A stretch of 45,930 bases of DNA from Oscillospiraceae bacterium (GTDB lineage Bacteria > Bacillota > Clostridia > Oscillospirales > Oscillospiraceae): the NCBI GenBank assembly GCA_902779695.1, contig CACZCL010000013.1, positions 1-45,930 on the forward strand. The letters run 5' to 3'. The notes below the pieces were generated by a model. It saw nothing but the letters and a program-made list of their open reading frames with translations. It did not search any database and had not been told where the DNA came from. Each line of letters begins with the position of its first letter. The first letter of the stretch is position 1. Below, piece by piece: positions 27,433-37,668 of the stretch. The position numbers and the translations under genes were made by a program.

Positions 27433-27939
27433 TCAGATCGTAAATTTCCGATGCAGCGCCAGCAGCGCCGGGTGGCACACGACCAGCAGAAGACACGACG
27501 CGACCGTCTCCCGCAGCGCGAGCTGCGCCATTTCGGAAAACGGCGCGCGCGCGCGCAGCCAAAGCGAGAGCATATTGAACGCGTCGAGAAAGAAAAAGGT
27601 CAGCCCCGTCACCGCCAGCGAGCAAAGGACGCCCCGCTGCAATACGCCCTTGGCGAGCAGCGAGCAGCAGACCGCCGCAAGCGTGAACGAAAGCGTGTAC
27701 ACGCAGGGGAACGTGCCCGAGAGCGTCAGGTCGCACAAAAGCCCCACGGCAAACCCGTACAGCGCGCCGGCGCGCGTGTCCTCCACCGACGCGACGACGC
27801 CCACCAGCAGCGGCGGCAAAAACATCCGCACGCCCAAAATCTCCGTGCCGCGCAGCGTCAGCGAAAAGAGGAGCAGCAGCCCCAGCGACACGACGCCGTA
27901 GCTCGACCACTTGATGATGATGTCCCGTCTCGTCAGCAA
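27433..27939 (-). CDS. mreD: Rod shape-determining protein MreD
   Basis: Multi-TM protein with GALYGFAVGLLCD; lies between mreC and pbp2. Confidence 0.75.
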   Translation of the reverse strand: MLTRRDIIIKWSSYGVVSLGLLLLFSLTLRGTEILGVRMFLPPLLVGVVASVEDTRAGALYGFAVGLLCDLTLSGTFPCVYTLSFTLAAVCCSLLAKGVLQRGVLCSLAVTGLTFFFLDAFNMLSLWLRARAPFSEMAQLALRETVASCLLLVVCHPALLALHRKFTI

Positions 27940-27975
27940 GACGCCGCCCCCTTTCCCGCGCCGCCCGCGGAGCGG

Positions 27976-28815
27976 TCACTCCACGATGTCGAACGCCTTG
28001 ATGATGAAAACCTCGGTCTGCGTGTCGAAATCGCACATCGGCGCGAGCACCGCGTACTGTGCCAGCCCGTCGTCGTCCGTTTCCACGCGCTCCACCGTGC
28101 CGATGACGATGTTGGACGGGTAGTACCCGCCGAGACCGGAGGTCACGATATAGTCGCCCACCAGCAGCGGCGTATCCGGCGGAAGGTAGGTCACCTTCAG
28201 GCGCTTTTCCCGCATCAGCGTGAAATCGCCCTCCGCGATGACCACGTCCCCCGTGCGGAACAGCAGCGCGCCCAGCTCGGTGTCCGTGTCGATGATCGTC
28301 TGCACCGTGCACCAGTTGAGCCCCGCCTCGGTCACGACGCCGATGAGATACCCCTCGCTCGTCACGACGACGTTGTTCACCGCGACGCCGTGCGCCGTGC
28401 CCTGGTTGAGCGTCAGCGTCCGCGTCCAGTTGCTTGTGCTGCGCTCCAGGATCATGGCGGACTCGAAGTCGAAATCGCGCCGCTGCTCCCGCAGGCCGAT
28501 CAGCTCGCGCAGCTTCGCGTTCTCCTCGCGGTCGCGCTCGACCTGCCGCGCGTTGGCGCGCAGCTCCGCGATCTCCTCCCGCAGCGCGGCGTTCTCCTCC
28601 ACCAGGTCGTTGTACTCCTGATAGTAGTGCCGCTTATCCTCGAGCCAGCGGTTCGCCGCCTCGCTCGCGGCGCGGAACGGCGAGAGCGCGACGCCCGCGG
28701 CGTTTCGCAGCAGCGTGGAGGTGGAGGCGAAGTAAGACAGCACGCTCAAAAGAACCGCGACCGCCGCCATCGCCGCCAGGATCCACATTCCATGTTTGGA
28801 TAAAAAGTCCTTCAT
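27976..28815 (-). CDS. mreC: Rod shape-determining protein MreC
   Basis: TM plus coiled coil (ENAKLRELI), G.LIGVV, VTSGLGG.YP..I.IG. Confidence 0.93.
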   Translation of the reverse strand: MKDFLSKHGMWILAAMAAVAVLLSVLSYFASTSTLLRNAAGVALSPFRAASEAANRWLEDKRHYYQEYNDLVEENAALREEIAELRANARQVERDREENAKLRELIGLREQRRDFDFESAMILERSTSNWTRTLTLNQGTAHGVAVNNVVVTSEGYLIGVVTEAGLNWCTVQTIIDTDTELGALLFRTGDVVIAEGDFTLMREKRLKVTYLPPDTPLLVGDYIVTSGLGGYYPSNIVIGTVERVETDDDGLAQYAVLAPMCDFDTQTEVFIIKAFDIVE

Positions 28816-28843
28816 CGGCTCACGTACCCATCCTCGCGCTTTC

Positions 28844-29434
28844 TCACAGCAGCTCGATCCCGAACTCCCGAAGCGCCCGCGCCAGCGGCGCCACCGGCAA
28901 GCCCATCACGTTGAAGAAGTCGCCGTCGATACGCTCCACCAGCAGCGCGCCGCGCCCTTGCACGCCGTAGGCGCCCGCCTTGTCCATCGGCTCGCCGCAG
29001 GCGATGTACGCGCGCAGCTCCCGCTCCGTGGCGGGGCGAAAATACACGTCTGTCGCTTCTGTAAAGCATATAAGCTTGTCACCCTGTCGCACCGTCACGC
29101 CCGTGCAGACCGTGTGCCGCGCACCCGCGAGGGCGCTGAGCATCCGCAGGGCGTCCGCCTCGTCGCGCGGCTTGCCCAAACGCTCGCCGCCGAGAAATAC
29201 CATCGTGTCGGCGGTGACGACGATATCGTCCGGCGCGGTGAGGGCGCGCGCCGCCTCCGCCTTGGCGCGGGCGATGCGCTCCACGGTCTCCCGCGGGGAA
29301 AGACCGGCGGGGCAGCTCTCGTCCGCGTCCGGCACGACGACCGAAAAATCCGTCAGCCCGATGCGGCGCAGCAGCTCCTGCCGCCGCGGCGAGCCGGAGG
29401 CGAGCACAATATGATGATTCGTACTATTTTGCAT
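28844..29434 (-). CDS. maf: Maf family NTP pyrophosphatase
   Basis: LASGSPRRQELL, ADT, GKP, DKAGAYGVQG, NVMGLP. Confidence 0.95.
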   Translation of the reverse strand: MQNSTNHHIVLASGSPRRQELLRRIGLTDFSVVVPDADESCPAGLSPRETVERIARAKAEAARALTAPDDIVVTADTMVFLGGERLGKPRDEADALRMLSALAGARHTVCTGVTVRQGDKLICFTEATDVYFRPATERELRAYIACGEPMDKAGAYGVQGRGALLVERIDGDFFNVMGLPVAPLARALREFGIELL

Positions 29435-29516
29435 AAATATTACCTTTTGTATTTCCTTTGTCTTGCGCCTGCCGCGCCAACGCGCGCAGCGCGCTTCGCA
29501 AGCCGGCGCAAAGCGC

Positions 29517-31553
29517 CTATTCGACGCCGCGGTAGAACAGGCCGCGCGTCAGCTCCTGCGGCGCGCAGTCCCGCCCCTCGCTGTGGGCGCGCAGGATCGC
29601 CGCGCACTCCTCGGCGCTCTCCGTCGTGAAGCGCAGACGCGCAAAGGACAGCCCGACGCTCCGCCAGTCGTCCCGGTCCGCGAGATACAGCGTTTTCGCG
29701 TTTTCGATCTCGCAGCGCCCGTCGTCCAGCGCAAGCACGGGGAAGCGCTCGCCGCGCCGGTCTGTCAAGACGTTTTCCTTGCCGGCTTCGACGCGGTTCT
29801 CCGTCAGCATGAGCGGCAGCCGCCCGTAGATCACCGCCTCGCACGGCAGCGACTTGCGCAGCGCGTGGATCTGCTCGCGCCGCAGCTCGAAGGACAGCGC
29901 GACCGTGTCCAGCCCCAGCTCGCGCAGGAGGCGGATCGCGGCGGAGTTAAATACGTTAAGTGATATATCTCCGCGTTTTTCCAAATCGTAATCTTTCGCC
30001 AGGCGGAGGTGCCCGAGGTTGCCGATCCCGACCGCCGAAACGCCCCGGCGCACGGCATCCGCAAGGCGCTCGCGCAGCGGCGCCTCGTCCCGCGTGCGGT
30101 AGACGCGCGGGAGCAGCGCGCAAAAACGCGTCCGCTCCAGATGCGGCGCAAGGTCAAGCCGCGAGAGCTGGCCGAGCGGCAGATAGATCATCTCCGGGCG
30201 TAGCTCCGAAAGCGCGTCGGACATCTGCTCCGCGTACAGCAGCGACACCGTGAGGCCCGGCGGCGCAAGCGGCTCCTCCGTCGGCTCCGGCGGCGCATAG
30301 GAGCCCACGCGGCAGGGCGGCACGGCGGTGCGCTCCGCCGTGAGCGCGTCGAGCGCGTCGCGCCGCAGCGCGTTGATCGCCGCGGCGGAGACAGAAAGCT
30401 CCGGCTCGATGCGCACGACGCACTGCGCCACGGAAAACGCGGTGCCGCCGGTCTTGCGCAGGCGCTGCTCCACCTCGTCGGCGGCAACGGCGCGATTGCG
30501 CGCCGGCTCCGGCGTCGCGCCCGACACGGTGACCATGTGCTCGTCGAGATCCGCCGCAAGGAGCTGCATCGGCTGCTCCGCGACGATGTTCGCGGCGAAG
30601 CGCACGGGCACCGTGCGCAGATTCTCCCGCTCGTAGTCCGCGCGAAGAGCTGCGAACCACTCCTCCGGCCAGCGCGCGTTCGCGCCTCGCACGCCGAACA
30701 TCCGCGCGCCCTTTTGTCCCGTGTAGTATCCGTCCGTGAACCCGTCGCGCGAAAAGGCGGCGGCAAGCTGCGCGCGCTCCTCCTCGGTGGGGCCGCGGTG
30801 TTCGCGCAGCAAGCGCGCGTAGATTCCCGTCACCGCGGCGACGTATTCCGGCCGCTTCATGCGCCCCTCCAGCTTCAGGCAGGCAACGCCCATGTCCATC
30901 AGCTCCGGCACGTAGTCCGCGAGGCACAGATCCTTGAGGCTGAGCGGGTGCGCGTCGTCGTAGGGCAGGCGGCAGGGCTGGGCGCAAAGCCCGCGGTTCC
31001 CGCTGCGCTGCCCGATGACGGCGCTCATCGCGCACTGGCCCGAGTAGCACATGCAAAGCGCGCCGTGGACGAAGACCTCCAGCTCGATGGGGCTTTCCCG
31101 GCACAGCTCCGCGATCTCGGCGCGGGAAAGCTCCCGCGCGAGCACCGCGCGCCTGACGCCGAGGCGCGCCGCCTCACGCACGCCGGAGAGCGTGTGCACC
31201 GTCATCTGCGTGCTGGCGTGCAGCGGCATGTCGGGAACGACGCGGCGCAGCGTGTCCAGCACGCCCAGATCCTGCACGAGGATCGCGTCGACCCCCGCCT
31301 CCGCCGCGACGCGCGCGGTGGAGGCAAGAGCGTGCAGCTCCCGGTCGGACACGAGCGTGTTGAGCGTCAGATACACCCGCACGCCGCGCAGGTGGCAATA
31401 CGCCGCCGCCTCGCGCAGCTCCTCCGGGGAAAAATTGCGCGCGCCGCGGCGGGCGTTGAACTCGTCAACGCCCAGATAGACCGCGTCGGCGCCGTTTTGC
31501 ACGGCGGCGACCAGCGCCTCCCGGGAACCCGCCGGGGCAAGGAGCTCCGTCAT
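29517..31553 (-). CDS. Long U32-family protein (RlhA-like RNA hydroxylation; DUF3656-type extension)
   Basis: ELLAPAG, GADAVY, HASTQ, HGALCMCYSGQC, NRGLCAQPCR, KLEGRMK. Confidence 0.88.
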   Translation of the reverse strand: MTELLAPAGSREALVAAVQNGADAVYLGVDEFNARRGARNFSPEELREAAAYCHLRGVRVYLTLNTLVSDRELHALASTARVAAEAGVDAILVQDLGVLDTLRRVVPDMPLHASTQMTVHTLSGVREAARLGVRRAVLARELSRAEIAELCRESPIELEVFVHGALCMCYSGQCAMSAVIGQRSGNRGLCAQPCRLPYDDAHPLSLKDLCLADYVPELMDMGVACLKLEGRMKRPEYVAAVTGIYARLLREHRGPTEEERAQLAAAFSRDGFTDGYYTGQKGARMFGVRGANARWPEEWFAALRADYERENLRTVPVRFAANIVAEQPMQLLAADLDEHMVTVSGATPEPARNRAVAADEVEQRLRKTGGTAFSVAQCVVRIEPELSVSAAAINALRRDALDALTAERTAVPPCRVGSYAPPEPTEEPLAPPGLTVSLLYAEQMSDALSELRPEMIYLPLGQLSRLDLAPHLERTRFCALLPRVYRTRDEAPLRERLADAVRRGVSAVGIGNLGHLRLAKDYDLEKRGDISLNVFNSAAIRLLRELGLDTVALSFELRREQIHALRKSLPCEAVIYGRLPLMLTENRVEAGKENVLTDRRGERFPVLALDDGRCEIENAKTLYLADRDDWRSVGLSFARLRFTTESAEECAAILRAHSEGRDCAPQELTRGLFYRGVE

Positions 31554-31882
31554 CTTTCCTTCTTGCTCTGAAGCTGCTGTTCCAGCTTGAACTTCTCGCG
31601 CCGCAGCTCAGAGACCTCGCTCTTTGCCTGCGCCGCTTCGTCCGCGTACTGCTTGAGCTGGGCGCGCAGCGCCTCGGACGCCTCGCGCTCCTTGAACAGC
31701 TCGTCCGCGATGTTCACGGCGGTGAGCACCGCCGCGTCGGTGCGGCCGACCTTCGCGGCGTCCAGCAGCTCGCCCAGCTTGGTATCCACGTAGCCGCCGA
31801 CCTTATGAATATAGGAGGGGGCTTCCTCGGCGACGAGCGTATACTCTTCGCCGCAGATGCTGACCGTAACTCGATTTTCCAT
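31550..31882 (-). CDS. zapA: Cell division protein ZapA
   Basis: VTVSICGEEYTL, YVDTKL, AVLTAVNIADE plus coiled coil. Confidence 0.88.
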   Translation of the reverse strand: MENRVTVSICGEEYTLVAEEAPSYIHKVGGYVDTKLGELLDAAKVGRTDAAVLTAVNIADELFKEREASEALRAQLKQYADEAAQAKSEVSELRREKFKLEQQLQSKKER

Positions 31883-32014
31883 AACGCGCTCCTGCCTTTC
31901 CCGTTGCATTCATCGGATTGAATAGAACTCAGGTAGACCTACAGAATAATAACTCACATGATACTATAACACAAAGCGAGGGCGGAGGAAAGGGGGCGGG
32001 CAGAAATTTTTCTG

Positions 32015-32043
32015 TTTACGAAATCCGTTTTCTATTGTAGAAT
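32015..32043 (+). promoter_or_regulatory. Possible sigma-A promoter of the dnaD-dnaC pair
   Basis: TTTACG-17 nt-TAGAAT. Confidence 0.5.
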
Positions 32044-32104
32044 ATCGTAGAAATCAAGCGCCGTCCCGCCGCGCGGGGCGATTTTCCGAAAGAGGGCGTC
32101 CTTC

Positions 32105-33052
32105 GTGGGAGAGTACGTGCTGCACCTGACGCAGGAAGAGAATATCACGCTCGGCGCGGGCGCGGTGCGCCGCCTGGTCGAGGGCGGCAGCGGCGACGCG
32201 GCGCTGCTGTACCTCTGCCTTGCCCGGCGCGGCTCGTCGGAGCCGGAGCGCCTGCGCGCGGAGCTGCGCTGGGATCAGGAACGCTTTGCCGCGGCGGAGG
32301 CGGCGCTCGCCTCGATGGGGCTCATCAGCGCGCCCGCGGAGCCGTCCGCGAAGACGCCCGCCGCGCCGCCGGCGCAGGAGCGGGAAAGCGCACCCGCACC
32401 CGAGACCGCGCTGCCGGAGTACAGCCGCGAGGACGTGATGGCCAAGCTGGAGGGCGACGCCTCGTTCGCCGCGCTGCTGCGGGAGGTCGAGCGCAAGCTG
32501 GGCCGGCTCAGCGATCCGTCCGTGCGGAAGCTTCTTGGGCTTTACGACTATCTCGGCCTGCCCGCCGACGTCATTTTTCTGCTTGTAAACTACTGCGCCG
32601 AGCGCAAGGCGGAGCAGTTCGGCACGGGCCGCCTGCCGACCATGCGGGAGATCGAGAAGGAGGGCTATGCCTGGGCGCGGCGGGAGCTGTTCAGCACCGC
32701 GGCGGCGGACGCCTACCTTCGCGGCGAGCGCAGAAAGCGCAGCGGCTTTCCGGCGTATATGGAGGCGCTGCGCCTCGGCGGGCGCGCGGCGGCGCCGAGC
32801 GAGGAGCGCTATCTCGGCGCGTGGGCGGAAATGGGCTTTCCGCCCGAGACGGTGGCGGTCGCCTACGACAAGACGATGCTCCGCTGCCACGAGCTGAAAT
32901 GGCCGTATCTCAACGGCATTCTCAAGCGCTGGCACGAAAAGGGGCTGCACACGCCCGAGGAGGTCGCCGCCGAGAACGCCCCGCGCCGGGGCGCGGCGCA
33001 GGCGGAGGCGCGGGACAGCGCGCGCAACGACTGGATGAAGGACTACGACTGA
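32105..33052 (+). CDS. DnaD/DnaB-domain replication protein
   Basis: Two DnaD-like repeats (IEKEGYAWAR; YLNGILKRWHEKGLHT). Confidence 0.85.
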   Translation: MGEYVLHLTQEENITLGAGAVRRLVEGGSGDAALLYLCLARRGSSEPERLRAELRWDQERFAAAEAALASMGLISAPAEPSAKTPAAPPAQERESAPAPETALPEYSREDVMAKLEGDASFAALLREVERKLGRLSDPSVRKLLGLYDYLGLPADVIFLLVNYCAERKAEQFGTGRLPTMREIEKEGYAWARRELFSTAAADAYLRGERRKRSGFPAYMEALRLGGRAAAPSEERYLGAWAEMGFPPETVAVAYDKTMLRCHELKWPYLNGILKRWHEKGLHTPEEVAAENAPRRGAAQAEARDSARNDWMKDYD

Positions 33053-33097
33053 CCCGTCCGCTGCGCGCGGACGCGGTCCGGGGAAGGGGATACGGGA

Positions 33098-34090
33098 ATG
33101 GGATACGACGGCAGGGTCCTGCGCCGCGCGAAGGCGCGCTACGACGAGGACAGGCAGCGCCGCGCCGAGCTGTTCCGCGCGCGGCAGCGCGAGTGCTACG
33201 CCCGCGAGCCGCGGCTGGAGGAGATCGACCGGACGCTCTCCGGCACGATGGCAAAGATCATCGCCGCGGGCTTTCGCCGCGGCGCCGACCCCAGAAGCGC
33301 CATCGCGGCGCTGGCGGAGCAAAACCTCGCCCTCCAGCGCGAGCGCGGCGAGCTGCTCACGGCGCTGGGCTATCCCGCCGACTGTCTGGAGGAGAAGCCC
33401 CGCTGCGAAGCGTGCGGCGACACGGGCTGGCGGGGCAGCGAGATGTGCGAGTGCCTGAAGGCGTACTACATCCGCGAGCAGAACGCGGAGCTTTCGCGGA
33501 TGCTCGACCTCGGCACGCAGAGCTTCGAAACCTTCCGCTTCGACTACTATTCCCAGGAGCAGGAGCCGCGGCAGAACCTCTCGCCCTATCAGCGGATGGA
33601 GAAAAATTTCGACATCTGCCGCGACTACGCCAACGAATTCTCGCCCAAAAGCGGCAACCTGCTGCTCTCCGGCGCGCCGGGCCTCGGCAAGACCTTCCTC
33701 TCCGCCAGCATCGCGCGGGTGGTGAGCGACGCGGGGCACTCCGTGGTCTACGACACGGCGGCGGCGGTCTTCTCCCGGTTCGAGGCCGCCAAGTTCCGGC
33801 GCGACGAGGGGGCGGAGGAGGCGGACGAGGACGTGGCGCGCTATTTCAAGTGCGACCTGCTGATCCTCGACGACCTGGGCACCGAGATGATCTCCGCGCT
33901 CGTGCAGAGCGCGCTGTACCAGCTGGTCAACGCGCGGCTGCTGTCGAACCGCAAGACCGTCATCTCCACGAACCTCAACCCCGGCGAGCTGGGCAAGCGC
34001 TATGGCGCGGCGGTCCTCTCGCGGCTGGAGGGGGAGTACCGCATCCTGCCGTTCTTCGGCGAGGATATCCGCAGGCTCAGAAAAAAATGA
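33098..34090 (+). CDS. DnaC/DnaI-like helicase loader ATPase
   Basis: CxxCxDxG..CxC Zn site, GAPGLGKT, LLILDDLGTE, TVISTNL. Confidence 0.88.
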   Translation: MGYDGRVLRRAKARYDEDRQRRAELFRARQRECYAREPRLEEIDRTLSGTMAKIIAAGFRRGADPRSAIAALAEQNLALQRERGELLTALGYPADCLEEKPRCEACGDTGWRGSEMCECLKAYYIREQNAELSRMLDLGTQSFETFRFDYYSQEQEPRQNLSPYQRMEKNFDICRDYANEFSPKSGNLLLSGAPGLGKTFLSASIARVVSDAGHSVVYDTAAAVFSRFEAAKFRRDEGAEEADEDVARYFKCDLLILDDLGTEMISALVQSALYQLVNARLLSNRKTVISTNLNPGELGKRYGAAVLSRLEGEYRILPFFGEDIRRLRKK

Positions 34091-34112
34091 ACCGGCCGAA
34101 AGGCCGGTTTTT
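34090..34112 (+). terminator. Intrinsic terminator after the dnaC-like gene
   Basis: AACCGGCC-GAAA-GGCCGGTT followed by TTT. Confidence 0.7.
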
Positions 34113-34126
34113 CCAAGGGGGCAGCC

Positions 34127-36004
34127 ATGTGCCGCATCAAAAACGTCATCTTCGCGCCCGACGGCGCGAGCCGCGCCGAGCGCGCGCTGCATCAGGCGTA
34201 CCTCGCGGCGTTCCTCGCCGCGTTCGCCGCCGCGAACGGCTTTCTCGCGCTGCGGCTCGCCGCCTGCTCCTGCGCGCAGCTTGACCCCGCGGCGCTCTAC
34301 GCCTCCTATTTCCGCCATCCGCCCACCGTGCTGCTCAACCTGCTGCCCTCGCTGCTGCTGACGGCGCTGGGCTTTTGCCTGACGCGGCGCGCCTGGGCGG
34401 CGTATCTGTTCTCCGCCGTGCCGGTACTGGGCTTCGCGCTGGTCAACTACTATAAAATACAGCTGCGCGACGACCCCTTCCTCGCCGCCGACCTGCGCCT
34501 TTTTCGCACCGCCGGCGGCATCCTCGGCCATTATACGCCCGCGCTGTCGCGCGTCGCGGCGCTGACGCTGCTGTGCGCGGCGGCGATGCTGCTGTTCGCT
34601 CTCTTCCTGCTGCCGAACGCGCCGCGCGCGCCGAAGGCGCGCCTCGCCGGCGCGCTGGTCTGCCTCGCGCTCGTGCCGCTGCTCTATTTCCGCGTCTACA
34701 TGGGCGAGGGGATGTACGAGCGCACCGTCAACCTCGACGGGATCGAAAACGTGTGGTCGGAATCGCAGGTGTTCCTTTCCCGCGGGTTCTGGTTCCCGTT
34801 CATCCGCAGCGTGTCCAGGGCGTTTCCCGCCCCGCCGGAGGGCTATCGCGCGCAGGAGGCGGAGGCGCTGCTCGCGCAGTATCCGGACGGCGGTATTTCC
34901 CCGGAAAAGCGGGTGCAGGTCGTCGGCGTGATGCTGGAAGCGTTCGCCGATCTGAGCGATTTTCCCGTGCTGGCGGCGCAGCCGGAGGTCGCGGCGCTCT
35001 ACGAGCCGCTGCACGCGCTGGAGGCGCAGGGCGTGTCCGGCGACCTTCTCACGAACATCTTTGCCGGCGGCACCGTGGACACCGAATGGGGCTTTCTGAC
35101 CGGCTACTCGCGCCACGGCGCGTTCCGCGCTCCCGTCGCGTCCTACGTGCGCGACTTTGCTGCGCAGGGCTACGAGACCGCCTATTTCCACCCGGGCTAC
35201 CGCTGGTTCTACAACCGCGCCAACATCAACGGCTACCTCGGCTTTCAGCGCAGCGTTTTCACCGAAAACGGCTTCGGCGCCCTCGTCGACCCGGAGGAGG
35301 CGCCCCATCGCTCGGACGCCGTCTTGTTCGACGCCCTGCTCGGCGAGCTGGACGCGCGGACGGCGGAGGACCCGCCGCTGTTCGCCTTCGCCGTCACCTA
35401 TCAGAACCACGCGCCCTACGACGACGTGCTTCTGCCCGGCGCGCGCGAACGGGTCGCGAGCACGGAAACCGGCTGGTCGGAGAGCGCCTGCGCGATCCTC
35501 AACAACTACTTCGACGGCGTCGCGGACACCATCGGGCAGCTGCGGCGCTTTACCGAGGCGCTGGAAGCGCGCGGCGAGCCGGTGGTGCTCGTCGCCTTCG
35601 GCGATCACAAGCCCTGGCTCGGCAACGACGCCGCCGTCTATCTGGAGCTGGGCGTCAACCTCGACACGGAAACGCGCGAGGGCTTTTACAACTACTACGC
35701 GACGCCGTATCTCATCTGGGCGAACGGCGCCGCGAAGGAGGCGCTGGGCTGCGCCTTCGCCGGCGCGGGCGGCGACCTCTCGCCCTGCCTGCTGATGCCG
35801 GAGCTGTTCGACCTGTGCTCGTGGGGCGGTTCGCCGTTCCTCTCGCTCGCGCGCTCGCTGCGCGCGGTCACGCCGCTCGTCCACGAGCAGGGGCTTTTCC
35901 TCGAAAACGGCGCGCTGACCGACACGCTCTCTCCGGCGGCGGACGCGTTCTACCGGCAGTACCGCCGCGCGGAATACCGGCGCGAGACGGCGGGGTTACA
36001 ATAA
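34127..36004 (+). CDS. LTA synthase / sulfatase-family membrane protein
   Basis: N-terminal TM helices, MLEAF, GGTVDTE (catalytic Thr position), QNHAPY, FGDHKP. Confidence 0.85.
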   Translation: MCRIKNVIFAPDGASRAERALHQAYLAAFLAAFAAANGFLALRLAACSCAQLDPAALYASYFRHPPTVLLNLLPSLLLTALGFCLTRRAWAAYLFSAVPVLGFALVNYYKIQLRDDPFLAADLRLFRTAGGILGHYTPALSRVAALTLLCAAAMLLFALFLLPNAPRAPKARLAGALVCLALVPLLYFRVYMGEGMYERTVNLDGIENVWSESQVFLSRGFWFPFIRSVSRAFPAPPEGYRAQEAEALLAQYPDGGISPEKRVQVVGVMLEAFADLSDFPVLAAQPEVAALYEPLHALEAQGVSGDLLTNIFAGGTVDTEWGFLTGYSRHGAFRAPVASYVRDFAAQGYETAYFHPGYRWFYNRANINGYLGFQRSVFTENGFGALVDPEEAPHRSDAVLFDALLGELDARTAEDPPLFAFAVTYQNHAPYDDVLLPGARERVASTETGWSESACAILNNYFDGVADTIGQLRRFTEALEARGEPVVLVAFGDHKPWLGNDAAVYLELGVNLDTETREGFYNYYATPYLIWANGAAKEALGCAFAGAGGDLSPCLLMPELFDLCSWGGSPFLSLARSLRAVTPLVHEQGLFLENGALTDTLSPAADAFYRQYRRAEYRRETAGLQ

Positions 36005-36022
36005 TCTTTAAGGTTTATAAGC

Positions 36023-36050
36023 AAAAGGGCAGCCCCTCCGGGCTGCCCTT
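36023..36050. terminator. Bidirectional terminator between convergent genes
   Basis: AAGGGCAGCCC-CTCC-GGGCTGCCCTT. Confidence 0.7.
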
Positions 36051-36093
36051 CTATCAAATTGAAACGCCTCGCGGCAAAGCCGCTTTTTTGAAG

Positions 36094-37524
36094 TCAAAAG
36101 CTCACGCGCTCGGCGAGGTACTGCCTGACCTCCGCGATGGGGATGCGGACCTGGCGCATCGTGTCGCGCTCGCGCACCGTGACGCAGTAATCGGCGGGCG
36201 TGCCCTTCTCCGCGTCGCCCACGGTGTCGAAGTCGAAGGTGATGCAATAGGGCGTGCCGATCTCGTCCTCGCGGCGGTAGCGCTTGCCGATGCTGCCCGT
36301 CTCGTCATAGTCGACCATGAAATCCTTTGACAACTCCTGATACAGCTCCATCGCGGGCTTGGCGAGCACCTCCTTCTTGGAAAGGGGCAGGATCGCCGCC
36401 TTGAAGGGCGCGAGGTAGGGGTGCAGGTGCAGCACGGTGCGGATATCGTCCTTGCCGTTCTTGTCCTGCCCGACGACCTCCTCGTCGTAGGCGTCGCAGA
36501 GGAACGCCAGCGCCACGCGGTCGCAGCCGAGGCTCGGCTCGATGACGTAGGGGACGTAGTGCTCCTTCGTCTCGTCGTCGAAGTAGGTGAGGTCCTTGCC
36601 GCTCGCCTCCTGATGGCGGCCGAGGTCGTAGTCCGTGCGGTCGGCGATGCCCCACAGCTCGCCCCAGTCGGTGAACGGGAAGGCGTACTCGATGTCGGTG
36701 GTGGCGCGGGAGTAGAAGGCAAGCTCCGCCTTCTCGTGGTCGCGCAGGCGCAGGTGGCTCTTGTCGATGCCGAGGCTCGTGAGCCAGCTTACGCAATAGT
36801 CCTTCCAGTAGGCGAACCACTCCAGATCGGTGCCGGGCTTGCAGAAGAACTCGCACTCCATCTGCTCGAACTCGCGGGTGCGGAAGGTGAAGTTGCCGGG
36901 GGTGATTTCGTTGCGGAACGCCTTGCCGACCTGGCAGACGCCGAAGGGCAGCTTCTTGCGCGTGGTGCGGGCGATGTTCGCGAAGTTGACGAAAATGCCC
37001 TGCGCGGTCTCGGGGCGGAGGTAGACGGTGCTGGAGGAATCCTCCGTCACGCCGATGGCGGTCTTGAACATGAGGTTGAACTTGCGGATGGGCGTGAAAT
37101 CGTGCTTGCCGCAGACGGGGCAGAGGACGTTGTCATGGCTTGCGATGAACGCGTCCATCTCGTCGAAGGTCATCGCGTCGGTGTTGACGTCGGGGAACTC
37201 CTCGCCGATCAGCTTGTCCGCGCGGTGGCGCGCCTTGCACGCCTTGCAGTCCAGCAGGGGGTCGGAGAAGCTGGCGACGTGGCCCGTCGTGACCCAGGTC
37301 TGCGGGTTCATGATGATCGCCGCGTCGAGGCCCACGTTGTACGGGCTCTCCTGCACGAACTTCTTCAGCCACGCCTTCTTGACGTTGTTTTTGAACTCCA
37401 CGCCCAGCGGGCCGTAGTCCCACGAGTTGGCGAGGCCGCCGTAGATCTCGCTGCCGGGGAAGATGAAGCCGCGGTTTTTGCAGAGGTTGACGATGGAATC
37501 GAAATTCTTCTTGCTGTGCTCCAT
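36094..37524 (-). CDS. glyQS: Glycine--tRNA ligase (alpha2 type)
   Basis: [56 protein letters not shown]. Confidence 0.96.
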   Translation of the reverse strand: MEHSKKNFDSIVNLCKNRGFIFPGSEIYGGLANSWDYGPLGVEFKNNVKKAWLKKFVQESPYNVGLDAAIIMNPQTWVTTGHVASFSDPLLDCKACKARHRADKLIGEEFPDVNTDAMTFDEMDAFIASHDNVLCPVCGKHDFTPIRKFNLMFKTAIGVTEDSSSTVYLRPETAQGIFVNFANIARTTRKKLPFGVCQVGKAFRNEITPGNFTFRTREFEQMECEFFCKPGTDLEWFAYWKDYCVSWLTSLGIDKSHLRLRDHEKAELAFYSRATTDIEYAFPFTDWGELWGIADRTDYDLGRHQEASGKDLTYFDDETKEHYVPYVIEPSLGCDRVALAFLCDAYDEEVVGQDKNGKDDIRTVLHLHPYLAPFKAAILPLSKKEVLAKPAMELYQELSKDFMVDYDETGSIGKRYRREDEIGTPYCITFDFDTVGDAEKGTPADYCVTVRERDTMRQVRIPIAEVRQYLAERVSF

Positions 37525-37564
37525 GACGAATAACTCCTTTTTTTGGTGATTCCCGAACGCGCTT

Positions 37565-37593
37565 ATTTTAGTATAGCGCCCGCCGCTTGTCAA
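37565..37593 (-). promoter_or_regulatory. sigma-A promoter of glyQS
   Basis: TTGACA-17 nt-TAAAAT on the minus strand. Confidence 0.75.
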
Positions 37594-37595
37594 GC

Positions 37596-37622
37596 AAAAG
37601 CCCCGCCGAAGCGGGGCTTTTT
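37596..37622. terminator. Terminator after the large secreted protein gene
   Basis: AAAAGCCCCGC-CGAA-GCGGGGCTTTT. Confidence 0.75.
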
Positions 37623-37668
37623 GGATCAGGACGCGCTGCCGCCGGGCGGCATGGACGCTCATGGGGAA

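Noticed and set aside
32105-34090. DnaD plus IstB/DnaC-like ATPase as a prophage or IS21 module
   Set aside because: No integrase, IstA transposase, phage genes or terminal repeats nearby; the pair is a usual chromosomal replication locus in Clostridia.
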